Positions 31,796 to 42,141 of a stretch of 64,000 nucleotides of DNA are shown here, piece by piece. The notes beneath the pieces were generated by a model that was given only the letters and a program-made list of their open reading frames with translations, did not search any database and was not told the origin of the DNA. Source of the DNA: Reclinomonas americana ATCC 50394. Lineage: Eukaryota. The stretch lies in NCBI GenBank assembly GCA_048213135.1, contig PS015010.1, positions 868,001-932,000 of the forward strand. Direction: 5' to 3'. Position 1 is the first letter of the stretch, and each line of letters opens with the position of its first letter. Position numbers and translations under genes: made by a program.

Positions 31796-32557
31796 ATGAA
31801 CTGGGGTATGTATTTCTTTTTTATCAGGGCCATTGGCAGCCGTTACTTTGTACTGGCGCTGCTGGCTACCCTTATCTTTTATATTTTATTCAGGAAAAAA
31901 TGGCAGTTCAGGAAAATACAGAAAAGCTTTCCCCAAACAAAAGATTACCTGCGTGAGGCCGGGTTTTCTGCCGTTACCATCTTCATCTTCGGAGTGGTGG
32001 TATACATCATGCACATTTACCCGCCCGTGGCAAGCCGCACCTTGCAGTATAAAAATATTGCTGAGTACGGATGGGTATGGTACTTCGCGGCCTATCCTGT
32101 GATGCTGGTTGTACACGATGCCTACTTTTACTGGACACACCGCCTGATGCATCATCCCCGCATCTTCAAATACTTTCACCTGGTACACCATCGCAGCACC
32201 AACCCTTCTCCCTGGGCCGCTTATGCCTTCCACCCGCTGGAAGCTATAGTGGAAGCGGGTATATTGCCGGTGTTCTTATTCACGATGCCATTGCATATAA
32301 CGCATGTGGGCTTCTTCTTCCTGTTCATGATCGTTTACAATGTATATGGTCACCTGGGTTACGAGTTGTACCCACGCGGATTCAACCGCAGTTTTATTGG
32401 CAAATGGATCAATACTTCCATCAATCATAACCTGCATCACCAGTATTTCAAAGGCAATTACGGTTTGTATTTCCTGTGGTGGGACCGCTGGATGGGCACC
32501 ATCCGCGGCGATTACGACCAGCGTTTTGAAGAGGTAAAGACAAGGGTAAAAGAATAA
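31796..32557 (+). CDS. Sterol desaturase / fatty-acid hydroxylase family protein
   Basis: His boxes HRLMH, HLVHH, HNLHH; TACATTTG -7 box at 31784 suggests a leaderless start at 31796. Confidence 0.9.
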   Translation: MNWGMYFFFIRAIGSRYFVLALLATLIFYILFRKKWQFRKIQKSFPQTKDYLREAGFSAVTIFIFGVVVYIMHIYPPVASRTLQYKNIAEYGWVWYFAAYPVMLVVHDAYFYWTHRLMHHPRIFKYFHLVHHRSTNPSPWAAYAFHPLEAIVEAGILPVFLFTMPLHITHVGFFFLFMIVYNVYGHLGYELYPRGFNRSFIGKWINTSINHNLHHQYFKGNYGLYFLWWDRWMGTIRGDYDQRFEEVKTRVKE

Positions 32558-32579
32558 CGCTGTAATAAATAATTTCAGA

Positions 32580-33389
32580 ATGGCTTTGTATTTCGCTTCG
32601 CTGAATTCGGGCAGTAACGGCAACTGTTATTATGTGGGTAATGATACCGATGCGGTATTGGTGGATGCCGGTATATCCTGCCGCGAAACCGAACGGAGGA
32701 TGCGGGGGCTGGGGCTGTCTATGGAAAAGGTGAAAGCGATCGTGATCTCGCACGAACATGGCGATCATATACGGGGCGTAGCCGTACTGTCGAAACGCTA
32801 CCAGTTGCCGGTATACATGACACAAAAAACCTGGAGCAGCGGCGTTACCGGTATGCTGCAGGACGGACTGCAATCGTTTACGGCGCACGAACCCATCAGC
32901 ATCGGTTCACTTTCCGTGATCCCTTTTCCCAAATGGCACGACGCCAACGACCCGCACAGTTTTGTGGTGGAACATGATGGTATCCGTATTGGTGTATTTA
33001 CCGATATAGGCGCACCCTGCGAACATGTGATCCGTTATTTCTCTGAATGCCACGCTGCCTTCCTGGAAGCCAATTATGATGAGGATATGCTTGAGAAAGG
33101 CAGGTATCCCGTGCACCTTAAGAACCGGATCCGCGGAAAGCAGGGCCACTTGTCCAATGCGCAGGCGCTGGAACTCTTCAACAAACACCGGCCTTCCTTT
33201 ATGACGCATGTGCTGTTATCGCATTTGTCCCGCGACAACAATAATCCGCAGTTGGTGAGGGAACTGTTCAGTCTTTACGCAGGAAAAACGCTGGTAACCG
33301 TAGCCTCCCGGGATGAACATTCTGAACTGTATTGTATCGGCGACGATGCCGTGAGGAGGGTGAAAGTGGAGCAGGGCAGTCTTTTTTAA
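32580..33389 (+). CDS. MBL-fold metallo-hydrolase (YycJ/WalJ-like)
   Basis: SGSNGN, VDAG, SHEHGDH, LEANYD, GHLSN, HLSRDNN. Confidence 0.9.
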   Translation: MALYFASLNSGSNGNCYYVGNDTDAVLVDAGISCRETERRMRGLGLSMEKVKAIVISHEHGDHIRGVAVLSKRYQLPVYMTQKTWSSGVTGMLQDGLQSFTAHEPISIGSLSVIPFPKWHDANDPHSFVVEHDGIRIGVFTDIGAPCEHVIRYFSECHAAFLEANYDEDMLEKGRYPVHLKNRIRGKQGHLSNAQALELFNKHRPSFMTHVLLSHLSRDNNNPQLVRELFSLYAGKTLVTVASRDEHSELYCIGDDAVRRVKVEQGSLF

Positions 33390-33504
33390 TTACGAATTTT
33401 ATCCTGAGCGAAGCGAAGGATCTCATTCACAGCGAAGCGAAGGATGAGATCTCAATTTTCACATCTGCACATCTTCAGATTTTCAAATTCCCGCATCCGC
33501 ACAT
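33388..33504. repeat. CTGAGCGAAGCGAAGGATCT repeat plus 8-mer short repeats
   Basis: Inverted copy of 17047-17100, followed by TTTCACAT/CTGCACAT/TTTCAAAT-like octamers. Confidence 0.75.
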
Positions 33505-33507
33505 CAA

Positions 33508-33891
33508 TCAAAGTACCAACTGCTGAAAAAGCCTTTCCAGCATTTCTTCCGGGTTGTCGCAAAAGCCGGGGTGTACCTTCGACGTTTGCAGGATGGTGCT
33601 GCGGGTAGCGCTCAGCCAGCGAAAGCGGGAAGCCTTATCCATTTCGGCAATGGGACCGGCATAGGCTTCGCCCCGGGCGATCTTTTCAAAACCAGCCAGG
33701 TAAGTTTTGAATTCATCTACAGGCAGGTCATCTTTAAAAAAGCATAGTCTTTTTTCATCCAGGTGATAGCGGGTATCCAGGAAATCGAGGCTCTTGCAAA
33801 AGAGAATGATGCCCACATTGAAGAATTCCTCCCTTTCCACCCGGGGTACAAAGCGGATGACCGCATACTCAAATAAGGGACTGTTGGGCAT
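33508..33891 (-). CDS. DUF3037 domain protein
   Basis: FEYAVIRFVPRVEREEFFNVG, RFRWLSATRSTILQTSKVHPG. Confidence 0.9.
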   Translation of the reverse strand: MPNSPLFEYAVIRFVPRVEREEFFNVGIILFCKSLDFLDTRYHLDEKRLCFFKDDLPVDEFKTYLAGFEKIARGEAYAGPIAEMDKASRFRWLSATRSTILQTSKVHPGFCDNPEEMLERLFQQLVL

Positions 33892-34660
33892 GTTGGGCTG
33901 CATTTACAAAGATGTGAGAATTGTATAAACGTTCGGTCAGGAAGCGCAGGTAAGCATTGCGGTGTTCTTCCACAGTAGAGAAATAGTTATCTATGGATAA
34001 CCATTCATCGGGTATCTGCCCGGTGATATGACGGAGAATACCTTCTGTGAGCATGGGTTTGCAAACGTCGTCGGCAATATCAAGCGCTACAGCCTGCGGC
34101 AGCAGCACATGATCCTTTACGAGTGTGAAGGGGCGGAGGATCTGGTCCTGCCAGCCTTCCCAGTTGTGATGAAAGTACAGGCAGGCGCCATGGTCGATGA
34201 GCCAGAGTTCTTTGTTCCACCAGAGCATATTGGTATTGCGGGCCGTCCGGTCCATGTTCATGAGGAAGCAGTCCATCCAAACAATGGCCGATGCCAGTGC
34301 CGGGTTGACGGTGGTTACCGCCGGGTCGAATGTAATGGAACCGGAAAGGTAGTGGAGTCCCAGGTTGAGTCCGGCGCTGGCTTTGAGCAGGTCCTGTATC
34401 TCTTCATCGGGTTCTGTGCGGCCGAAGGCGGGATCCAGCTCGGCAAAAACGATCTCCGGAACCTTCAGTCCGAGGGCACGGGCCACCTCGCCACCAATAA
34501 GCTCCGCGATAAGGGCCCTGATGCCCTGGCCAGCTCCGCGGAATTTGAGTACATATAAGAAGTCGTCGCTGGCCTCCACGATCGCAGGCAGGGAGCCGCC
34601 TTCGCGAAGGGGCGTTACATACCGGCTGACGGTGACGGTGCGCAGGGGATGATAGATCAT
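33869..34660 (-). CDS. HipA-like kinase
   Basis: PLREGGSLP, YVLKFRGAGQG, NMDRTARNTN, WLIDHG; overlaps the DUF3037 gene. Confidence 0.88.
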   Translation of the reverse strand: MIYHPLRTVTVSRYVTPLREGGSLPAIVEASDDFLYVLKFRGAGQGIRALIAELIGGEVARALGLKVPEIVFAELDPAFGRTEPDEEIQDLLKASAGLNLGLHYLSGSITFDPAVTTVNPALASAIVWMDCFLMNMDRTARNTNMLWWNKELWLIDHGACLYFHHNWEGWQDQILRPFTLVKDHVLLPQAVALDIADDVCKPMLTEGILRHITGQIPDEWLSIDNYFSTVEEHRNAYLRFLTERLYNSHIFVNAAQHAQQSLI

Positions 34661-34734
34661 GGCGTGAAATTACGAATTACTAATTATGAATCAGGAATGC
34701 CTCCACGCGGCCGATCGGTCCTTCATTCTCTTCC

Positions 34735-34859
34735 TGTTCTATTGGGACATTTATGGGTATCTCAAAATGTTGATCATGTCCCATCGGGGCATCTGGTCGG
34801 TAGACGATGGAGGAGCATATTGACGATGCGTGATGTCCCATAGGGACATTTGGTGGGTT
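34735..34859. repeat. Three REP-like hairpins (TGTCCC-N3-GGGACA plus TGGT(G/C)GGT tail)
   Basis: Copies at 34735, 34777, 34834; covarying relative CGTTCC-GTG-GGAACG-CCTGGTGGGTT near 52100. Confidence 0.65.
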
Positions 34860-35071
34860 GGAGGGCGCCCCAATTTTTAATGAAGGAACGAAGAAGTGAA
34901 GGAATGAAGGAGGGGTGAAATCCATTTATTATGGGCTATTGTCATATGATCGGGATTTGTCCACATTTTTAATGGCGTCATGTGAATAACTCAACCCAAT
35001 GGGTGCATATATTCAAATTCACTTGTTAGGCCATTACTTTATATTTGCCGTCTTACTAAAATCAGACAACA

Positions 35072-38000
35072 GTGCGTTTAAAGAGTTTAGAAATCAAAGG
35101 ATTTAAAAGTTTTGCCGACAAAACCGTTTTGAATTTTGACGAGGGTATTACAGGTGTTATCGGCCCCAACGGATGCGGTAAAAGTAATATCATCGACAGT
35201 ATTCGCTGGGTGATCGGTGAACACAAGATCAGCAACCTGAGGAGTGAGAACCTGGAGAGCCTGGTGTTCAATGGTTCCAAATCACGTTCCGCATCCGGCC
35301 TCGCCGAAGTAAGTCTCACGTTTGAAAATACCAAAAATTTGCTGCCGACTGAATTCAGTACGGTAACGGTTACCCGCAAATACTATAAAAGCGGCGAATC
35401 GGAATACCGCCTGAATGATGTGGCCTGCAGGCTGAAAGACATTCATAACCTGTTCATGGATACCGGTGTAAGCACCGACAGTTATGCCATTATTGAACTG
35501 GGTATGGTAGACGATATTATTAAAGACAAAGAGAACAGCCGTCGTAAAATGCTGGAACAGGCTGCCGGCATTACCATTTACAAAACGAGGAAGAAAGAAG
35601 CCAAACTCAAACTCGACGCCGCTGAGCAGGACCTTGCCCGTATTGAGGACCTGTTATTCGAGATCAATAACCAGCTGAAAACACTGGAAAGCCAGGCCAA
35701 AAAAGCGGAGAAGTATTACGAGATCAAAACCGAATATAAAGAAAGCAGTATTGAACTGGCCAAAGCGGCGCTGGAAGGGTTCAACATTACTTACCGCGAC
35801 CTGAACCAGCAGCAGCAGGCAGAGGTGGACAAGCGTATTGAACTGGAAACTGTGATTGCGAAAGAAGAAGCGGCACTGGAACAGGAGAAGCTCGGTTTTA
35901 TTGAAAAAGAAAAAGAACTGCAGCAGTTGCAACATGCCTTCAACAGCATGCTCGACGGTGTCCGCAGCAAGGAAAGTGAAAAAAGCCTGAGTACACAGCG
36001 CCTGCAATACCTGAAAGAAAGAGAGAACACCCTCAACGAATTTTTACTGAAGGCCGGTGGTCAGCTGCAGGGTCTTGATGAAAGTATACAGTTCACCAGC
36101 CTGCAGATCAAAGAAGACGAAGCCCGCCTGGAAGAAATGGAAGGCCGCCTCGACGAACTGAAACAGGCCGTTGAAGACAAGCGCCGCGTATTTGATGAAA
36201 GACGCAGCAGCATTGACCAGTTGCGCCAGGAAAACCAGGCCATACAGCGTAACCAGTTTGAAGCGGAGAAAAAAGTGGCGGTTGCCGATACATCTATCCA
36301 GAACCTGCAACGCACCATTTTACAAATACAGGAAGAAAAGACACAGCGCCAGTCGCAATTACAGCAACTGGAAGCCGACAAAGGGGTTAAAGAAGAAGAA
36401 CTCTCACAGAAAAAGACTGACCTGCAGCAATTGCAGGATCACCACGAATATACCAAAGAACAGATACTGGCCACCCAGTCTATGCTGGAAGGACTGAGGC
36501 TGGAACTGGCAGAGGAGAACCGCAAACTCGACAGCAAGAAGAACGAACACGACCTGCTGAAGAGCCTCATCGACTCCATGGAAGGTTATCCTGAAAGTGT
36601 GAAGTTCCTGCACAACAATCCCAACTGGAATCACAGCGCCCCTTTATTATCCGACATTATTTATGTGAAGGAGGAATACCGCGCCGCTGTTGAGAATGTG
36701 CTCGAACCTTACCTGAACTATTACGTGGTGAATAACCTCGAAGAAGGTCTGCAGGCCATTCACCTGCTGGATGACAATAAAAAAGGCAAGGCCAACTTCT
36801 TCTTACAGGATAAGTTCACCGCTTTTGAATCGCACCACCAGCCGGAAGGAACGATCCCCGCCCTGGATGTGGTGGAGATTGACAACCAGTATGCCAACCT
36901 CGCCAAATACCTGCTGGCCAATGTTTTCATCGCTGAAAATGAGGACGCCCTGCGCAACAGCAATGGCGCTGTGGTACTGGAAAAAACAGGTAAATACGTA
37001 AAAGGGAAATACTCGCTTACCGGCGGCAGTGTGGGTCTGTTTGAAGGAAAGAAAATAGGCCGAGCCAAGAACCTGGAAAAACTGGCTGAAGAGATCAGTG
37101 CACAGGAGACGGTAGTAGCGCAACTGAAAGCCACCATACAGGAAAGGCATAATGAAGTGATCGCCTACAACGAACAGCTCAAAGAGAACGCGATCAAACA
37201 AACGCAGCAGGACATCAGCAACCTTACCAACCAGGTATTTGCCCTGCAGAACAAGATCGAGAACCTGCATCACCTGGAAACTACCAGCAGCGCAAGGCTT
37301 GAAGACCTGGAAGGACAACTGCAGAACAACCACGACGCCATTGCCAGTACCAGGGATGAACTGGAAAAATTCAACACCCAGCTGGAAGAACTGAGTGATA
37401 AAATGCAGCTTATTGAACAGGACTATGCCGCTGCCGAACAGGAATATAATTTTGCCACCGCCTCTTTCAACGACAGCAACCTGCAGTTTACCAAACAGCA
37501 GAGTAAAGTGGTGTCGCTGAAACAGGAATTCGAATTCAAGAGCAACCAGCTTAATGACCTGAAAGTACAGATCGAAAGCAGCAATACCCAGTTGACAGAT
37601 GCCGCTGCCAGCATCGCTGAAACCGCCGTCGCGCTGAAAACAGTGGAAGAGGACCTGGTGAGTATGTTGCAGAATAAGGAAGCGGAAGAACGTCGCCTGA
37701 ATGAGGCCGACCAGGCTTATTACAACCTGCGTAACGCCCTTGCTGAAAAAGAAAGCGAGCTGCGTCACAAACAGAAATCAAAAGAAGGCATTGATACTTT
37801 GCTGAACGAGATCAAGGACAAACTCACTGATCTCAAACTGCAACTGGCAGGTATGAAAGAAAGGCTCAGCGTGGAATTCAAGGTAGACCTGGACAGCATC
37901 ATCGACGAACCCCGCACTACAGAAACACCGCTGGAAGAACTGAAAGAGAAGAATGAAAGGATGCGCAAGCGCCTGGACAATATAGGAGAGGTGAACCCCA

Positions 38001-38587
38001 CCGCCATTGAAGCGTATACTGAAATGAAGAAGCGGTATGAATTCATTCTCGAACAAAAGAATGACCTCGTGAATGCCAAGGACAGCCTGATGCAGACGAT
38101 CCAGGAAGTGGAAGCCACCGCCAACCAGCAGTTCCTGGATACCTTTAACGCTGTAAGGGAGAATTTCCAGAAAGTGTTCAAGGCTTTGTTTACCGAGGAC
38201 GATACCGCCGACATGATCCTGGTGAACCCGGAAAACCTGGCAGAGACAGGTATTGATATTGTGGCCCGCCCGAAAGGCAAGAGGCCGTCGAGCATTGGTC
38301 AGTTGAGTGGTGGAGAGAAAACACTGACCGCTACCGCGCTGCTGTTCGCCATCTACCTCATCAAGCCCGCGCCGTTCTGTATCCTCGATGAGGTGGACGC
38401 CCCGCTCGATGACGCCAACGTGGGCAAATTCACCAACATGATCAAACGTTTCAGCGAGAACTCGCAGTTCATTATTGTTACGCACAACAAACAAACCATG
38501 AGCGCAGTAGATGTCATCTACGGTGTTACCATGCAGGAAGCCGGTGTAAGCAAGCTGGTGCCGGTGGATTTCAGAAGTTTGAATTGA
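35072..38587 (+). CDS. smc: Chromosome segregation protein SMC
   Basis: GFKSF, GPNGCGKSN, long coiled coils with hinge, LSGGE, LDEVDAPLD; -7 box at 35040. Confidence 0.98.
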   Translation: MRLKSLEIKGFKSFADKTVLNFDEGITGVIGPNGCGKSNIIDSIRWVIGEHKISNLRSENLESLVFNGSKSRSASGLAEVSLTFENTKNLLPTEFSTVTVTRKYYKSGESEYRLNDVACRLKDIHNLFMDTGVSTDSYAIIELGMVDDIIKDKENSRRKMLEQAAGITIYKTRKKEAKLKLDAAEQDLARIEDLLFEINNQLKTLESQAKKAEKYYEIKTEYKESSIELAKAALEGFNITYRDLNQQQQAEVDKRIELETVIAKEEAALEQEKLGFIEKEKELQQLQHAFNSMLDGVRSKESEKSLSTQRLQYLKERENTLNEFLLKAGGQLQGLDESIQFTSLQIKEDEARLEEMEGRLDELKQAVEDKRRVFDERRSSIDQLRQENQAIQRNQFEAEKKVAVADTSIQNLQRTILQIQEEKTQRQSQLQQLEADKGVKEEELSQKKTDLQQLQDHHEYTKEQILATQSMLEGLRLELAEENRKLDSKKNEHDLLKSLIDSMEGYPESVKFLHNNPNWNHSAPLLSDIIYVKEEYRAAVENVLEPYLNYYVVNNLEEGLQAIHLLDDNKKGKANFFLQDKFTAFESHHQPEGTIPALDVVEIDNQYANLAKYLLANVFIAENEDALRNSNGAVVLEKTGKYVKGKYSLTGGSVGLFEGKKIGRAKNLEKLAEEISAQETVVAQLKATIQERHNEVIAYNEQLKENAIKQTQQDISNLTNQVFALQNKIENLHHLETTSSARLEDLEGQLQNNHDAIASTRDELEKFNTQLEELSDKMQLIEQDYAAAEQEYNFATASFNDSNLQFTKQQSKVVSLKQEFEFKSNQLNDLKVQIESSNTQLTDAAASIAETAVALKTVEEDLVSMLQNKEAEERRLNEADQAYYNLRNALAEKESELRHKQKSKEGIDTLLNEIKDKLTDLKLQLAGMKERLSVEFKVDLDSIIDEPRTTETPLEELKEKNERMRKRLDNIGEVNPTAIEAYTEMKKRYEFILEQKNDLVNAKDSLMQTIQEVEATANQQFLDTFNAVRENFQKVFKALFTEDDTADMILVNPENLAETGIDIVARPKGKRPSSIGQLSGGEKTLTATALLFAIYLIKPAPFCILDEVDAPLDDANVGKFTNMIKRFSENSQFIIVTHNKQTMSAVDVIYGVTMQEAGVSKLVPVDFRSLN

Positions 38588-38610
38588 TGATATTATATAG
38601 AATAAAAAGA

Positions 38611-38638
38611 GCCCCGGTCATTGGCCGGGGTTTTTGTT
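38611..38638 (+). terminator. Intrinsic terminator after smc
   Basis: CCCCGGTCA-T-TGGCCGGGG plus TTTTT. Confidence 0.8.
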
Positions 38639-38661
38639 AGGGATAATTTGGGATGAGAATG

Positions 38662-39088
38662 TCGCCGGGGTCGCTTCACTCGCTTTGCATCGTTCCAGAG
38701 ACCGCGGCGGAACTACATCTGGTGTTCCGCCGCAGTCTTTGCGTAGCAAGACCCCGGTGTTATAGCTTATTCAAATGTCTTTATAATGAGTTTGCAGTTC
38801 CGCCGCAGTCTTTGCGTAGCAAGACCCCGGCGTTATAGCTTATTCAAATGTCTTTATAATGAGTTTGCAGTTCCGCCGTGGTCTTTGTGCAGCACGCCCC
38901 CGGTGTTATAGCTTATTCAAATGTCTTTATAATGAGTTTGCAGTTCCGCCGTGGTCTTTGTGCAGCAAGACCCGGGTGTCATAACCTATTCAAATGTCTT
39001 TATAAGGAGTTTGCGGTTCCGCCGGGGTCTTTGCGTAGCAAGACCCGGGTGTCATAGCCTATTCAAATGTTTTTATAATGAGTTGGGA
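38662..39088. repeat. Inverted REP doublet plus 5 x 73-bp tandem array
   Basis: Units begin GTTCCGCC at 38724, 38797, 38870, 38943, 39016; hairpin GGTC-TTTGC-GTA-GCAA-GACC. Confidence 0.95.
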
Positions 39089-39626
39089 TAAAATGCATAG
39101 CCATGCCTGTTTCATAAAACGCTGCGCTGCTGTGCTCATAGGTGGTATAAATATCAACCAGGTTCCATCTCCCTTTAACAGGATTATGATGTATATATTC
39201 CAGTTTCTGCAAAAGAAAGGACTCTGACCATATCGCTCTCGCGTCAAAAGAATCCCTGAAGACCTTATGCAATTGACCTTTAGCCCGTTCCCGCTGACTT
39301 ACAGCATTTCCAAGACAGGTCAGCAACGGCAAGGAGTTCATGTTGTCCAATCGTTTTATGATCTCATAAGAAATGAATCTCTTGCCATTGGATATCGTGT
39401 TGCCTAAAGAAGATAAAGCAGCCTTGTTGTATAAGATTACATGAACGTGATTAGGCATAATAACATAAGCAATAATGCGGTAACGGTATTTTCCCTCAAT
39501 AATATTGAACCAATTGTAAATTAAATCATAACTGTGTGTGATCTTTATCAAGGGAAGCCAATTCCAGCATGTAAACGTGCAATAGTATAGTAATGCTTCA
39601 TCCGATCTTTTAAAACGGGTACTCAT
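39063..39626 (-). mobile_element. REP-associated tyrosine (Y1 HUH) transposase, RAYT/TnpA-REP
   Basis: YCTFTC, AYVIMPNHVH (HUH), QKLEYIHHNPV (catalytic Tyr), YEHSS; flanked by REPs. Confidence 0.92.
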
Positions 39627-39696
39627 ATGTGATTTTAGGTTGAAATTATTTATGCAGACTATAGCTTACTATGCGGGTTTTACGTAGCATAAAATG

Positions 39697-39868
39697 ACCG
39701 GGGTCGCTTCACTTGCTTCGCTTCGTTGCAGAGACCCCGGCGGAACGTAAGAGATAATGTTGCTTTTATCACCGGGGTCGCTTCACTCACTTTGCTTCGT
39801 TGCAGGGACCCCGGCGGAACTACATCTGGTGTTCCGACGGGGTCTTTGCGGAGCAAGACCCCGGTGTG
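39697..39868. repeat. REP cluster upstream of RAYT
   Basis: CCGGGGTCGCTTCAC...GACCCCGGCGGAAC at 39698 and 39772; the same GGAAC-TACATCTGGT-GTTCC doublet as 38709-38728. Confidence 0.9.
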
Positions 39869-40051
39869 CCGACTTTTCATAGTTATAAATATGTCCAACT
39901 GGTGCAAATTTTCCCCATTTCCTTATTTAATTTCTCTATCTTGATCGTAACAAGCGGGTTGAAACCAGAAATAACCGCTTGCAAAAAATTGGCAAACCAA
40001 TTGTAATTAGTATACACATCACCATCATACCATCACCTTAAAACGATCATT

Positions 40052-40315
40052 ATGGAAACACAAGCAATCATTGTTACGTTGATACTTGGCGCAGTAGCCG
40101 GGTGGCTGGGCGGACAATTATTCCAGGGCAGCGGGCTGGGGCTGATCGGCAACATCGTCGTGGGTATCCTCGGCGGGTTCATCGGCTACTGGCTCTTTGG
40201 CAAACTGGGAATCAGCCTGGGCACGGGTATATTAGGTTATATCCTCACCGCAGCTATCGGCGCCGTGGTTTTACTGGCCTTGCTGAACCTGATCCTGCCG
40301 CGAAGAGGAGGATAG
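40052..40315 (+). CDS. GlsB/YeaQ/YmgE family membrane protein
   Basis: LGAVAGWLG, GLGLIGNIVVGILGGFIG, AAIGAVVLL. Confidence 0.92.
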   Translation: METQAIIVTLILGAVAGWLGGQLFQGSGLGLIGNIVVGILGGFIGYWLFGKLGISLGTGILGYILTAAIGAVVLLALLNLILPRRGG

Positions 40316-40351
40316 ATCCTGTTTCCTGTAACCACTATTGTTCAATGCAAG

Positions 40352-40380
40352 AGAGATACGCTGAAGGTGTATCTTTTTTT
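40352..40380 (+). terminator. Intrinsic terminator
   Basis: AGATACGC...GTGTATCT plus T-tract. Confidence 0.7.
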
Positions 40381-40546
40381 ATGCCCGAATTTTAAAACAA
40401 GTGAACTCCTGCAAAGCAGTAATAGCCTGGTTAAATGTGTTGCTTCTTTGCGCTTTCGCAGGAAAATTCCAGATATTATTCTCTCGGCAGACATCCGTAA
40501 TTTGCAGCCTTAATCATTCATAACTTATCATATTAATTCCTGTTTC

Positions 40547-40879
40547 ATGCTGCGTACCATTTTTCTTTTAACTGCTTCCAATATATTTATGACGTTTGCC
40601 TGGTATGGCCACCTGAAAAATACGTCCACGCCTTTGTGGAAAGCCATCCTTATCAGCTGGGGCATTGCGCTGTTTGAATACTGCCTGATGGTTCCCGCCA
40701 ACCGCATCGGCTTCAATAACGGGTTCAACGGTTTCCAGTTGAAGATCACACAGGAAGTGATTACACTGGTGGTATTCGCCATCTTCGCCATATGGTACCT
40801 GAAAGAACCTTTTCACTGGAAATACCTGGTGAGCTTCGCGTTTATATTAGGCGCCGTGTATTTTGCTTTTAAGAAATGA
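40547..40879 (+). CDS. DMT family (DUF486-like) membrane protein
   Basis: SNIFMTFAWYGHLK, SWGIALFEY, QLKITQEVITL. Confidence 0.9.
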   Translation: MLRTIFLLTASNIFMTFAWYGHLKNTSTPLWKAILISWGIALFEYCLMVPANRIGFNNGFNGFQLKITQEVITLVVFAIFAIWYLKEPFHWKYLVSFAFILGAVYFAFKK

Positions 40880-40942
40880 TGGGGAACACATGTGGGATAC
40901 CGGGTAGACGTTATGACACCTGTAACCCGCAATTCGTAATTC

Positions 40943-41950
40943 CTAATTCGTAATTAACCTGCCAATTTTCCCATTCCCCCCGGAAAAGAAAACGGTTTTT
41001 CCTTTCTTCGCTTTCCTGCAGGCATGAAAACTTTCTTTGCTGATGTTGCTCCAGCGCTGGCCATCATCAGTGGTGATGTCAACACCGTTGAGGCCGCAGG
41101 TAATCCATTGCTGTTGGCGCAGGTATTCCACGCAGCTGCGGTAGCCGGTAGGCGGGGTGGTGGGGAAGGCCCAGGTATTGCCGCCGTCGGTGCTGATGGC
41201 GCAGTTCTTTGTGGTGTTGTCTTTGGTAAGAAAATCTCCACCCACAACAATGAGTGTTTTTTTGTTTTTTACCGCAACCGAGTTGGCACCGGTACTTTCC
41301 TTTCCCTGTATTAAAGGCAGTGTTATGGTTCTGTCGCGTATGAATACCCGGCTCTGTGTGCCGCCGCTCACCATTACCGCTTCTTTTTTATTGAGTTTAC
41401 GTACATTGGTACCGCTCGAAGCAAAGAAGGCTTCTCCTTTGGCTACTACCGGCAGCTTGTTTTCCGGGAGGGTTTGCCAGGTATTGCCGCCATCAAAAGT
41501 GCGGGCCACAAATACTTTATTTCCGATGGGATCGCCGATTACGATGCCACTTTGTTCGTTCCAGAATTCCATGGCATCGAGGAACATGGAACTGTCACGG
41601 TTCTCGTACACCACTTTCCAGTTGTCGCCGCCGTCGATGGTTTTGAGGATATAAGCCGGGGAAGCAATGCCCATGATGATGGCTGTTTTGTCGTCAAACG
41701 CCTCTATATCACGGAAGTCGGTTTTTTCAAACCCGGGTACGGTCATCCATTTCCAGGTATTACCGCTGTCGGAGGAGCGGCCCACCGTACCCCCGCTGCC
41801 GCTTACCCACACTACTTTGTCGCTGACCACACTGAGTCCGCGAAGGGAGGCTTTACTTCCGGATGTGAGTACTTTTACCGTTTGTGAGCTGGCCGCAAAG
41901 GGCAGCAGGAAGAACAGCAATATAATGGCGGAAGTAAAGTAAGTACGCAT
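40943..41950 (-). CDS. BNR/Asp-box beta-propeller protein (Ycf48-like)
   Basis: Repeated (S/T)xD(S/G)GxTW Asp-boxes; signal peptide. Confidence 0.88.
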   Translation of the reverse strand: MRTYFTSAIILLFFLLPFAASSQTVKVLTSGSKASLRGLSVVSDKVVWVSGSGGTVGRSSDSGNTWKWMTVPGFEKTDFRDIEAFDDKTAIIMGIASPAYILKTIDGGDNWKVVYENRDSSMFLDAMEFWNEQSGIVIGDPIGNKVFVARTFDGGNTWQTLPENKLPVVAKGEAFFASSGTNVRKLNKKEAVMVSGGTQSRVFIRDRTITLPLIQGKESTGANSVAVKNKKTLIVVGGDFLTKDNTTKNCAISTDGGNTWAFPTTPPTGYRSCVEYLRQQQWITCGLNGVDITTDDGQRWSNISKESFHACRKAKKGKTVFFSGGNGKIGRLITN

Positions 41951-42141
41951 GAGACAAGTTTATCGTTGATGCCCAAAGATAGGCCGTACAAGTGAGTGAC
42001 ACAACGCTGATCCCATGAAAAGCCGCAGCCAGGGCAAAATTCAAAAGTAAAAATTAAAAAACGGGGTTATCCCTGCGGGGAATGTCCATCATAAAAGGTA
42101 AACTGTTACTTTTGGCTTCTCAAAAAAGAAAAACGATTGCC

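Noticed and set aside
38724-39088. Possible CRISPR array
   Set aside because: The would-be spacers are near-identical and derive from the RAYT 3' end; no cas genes.
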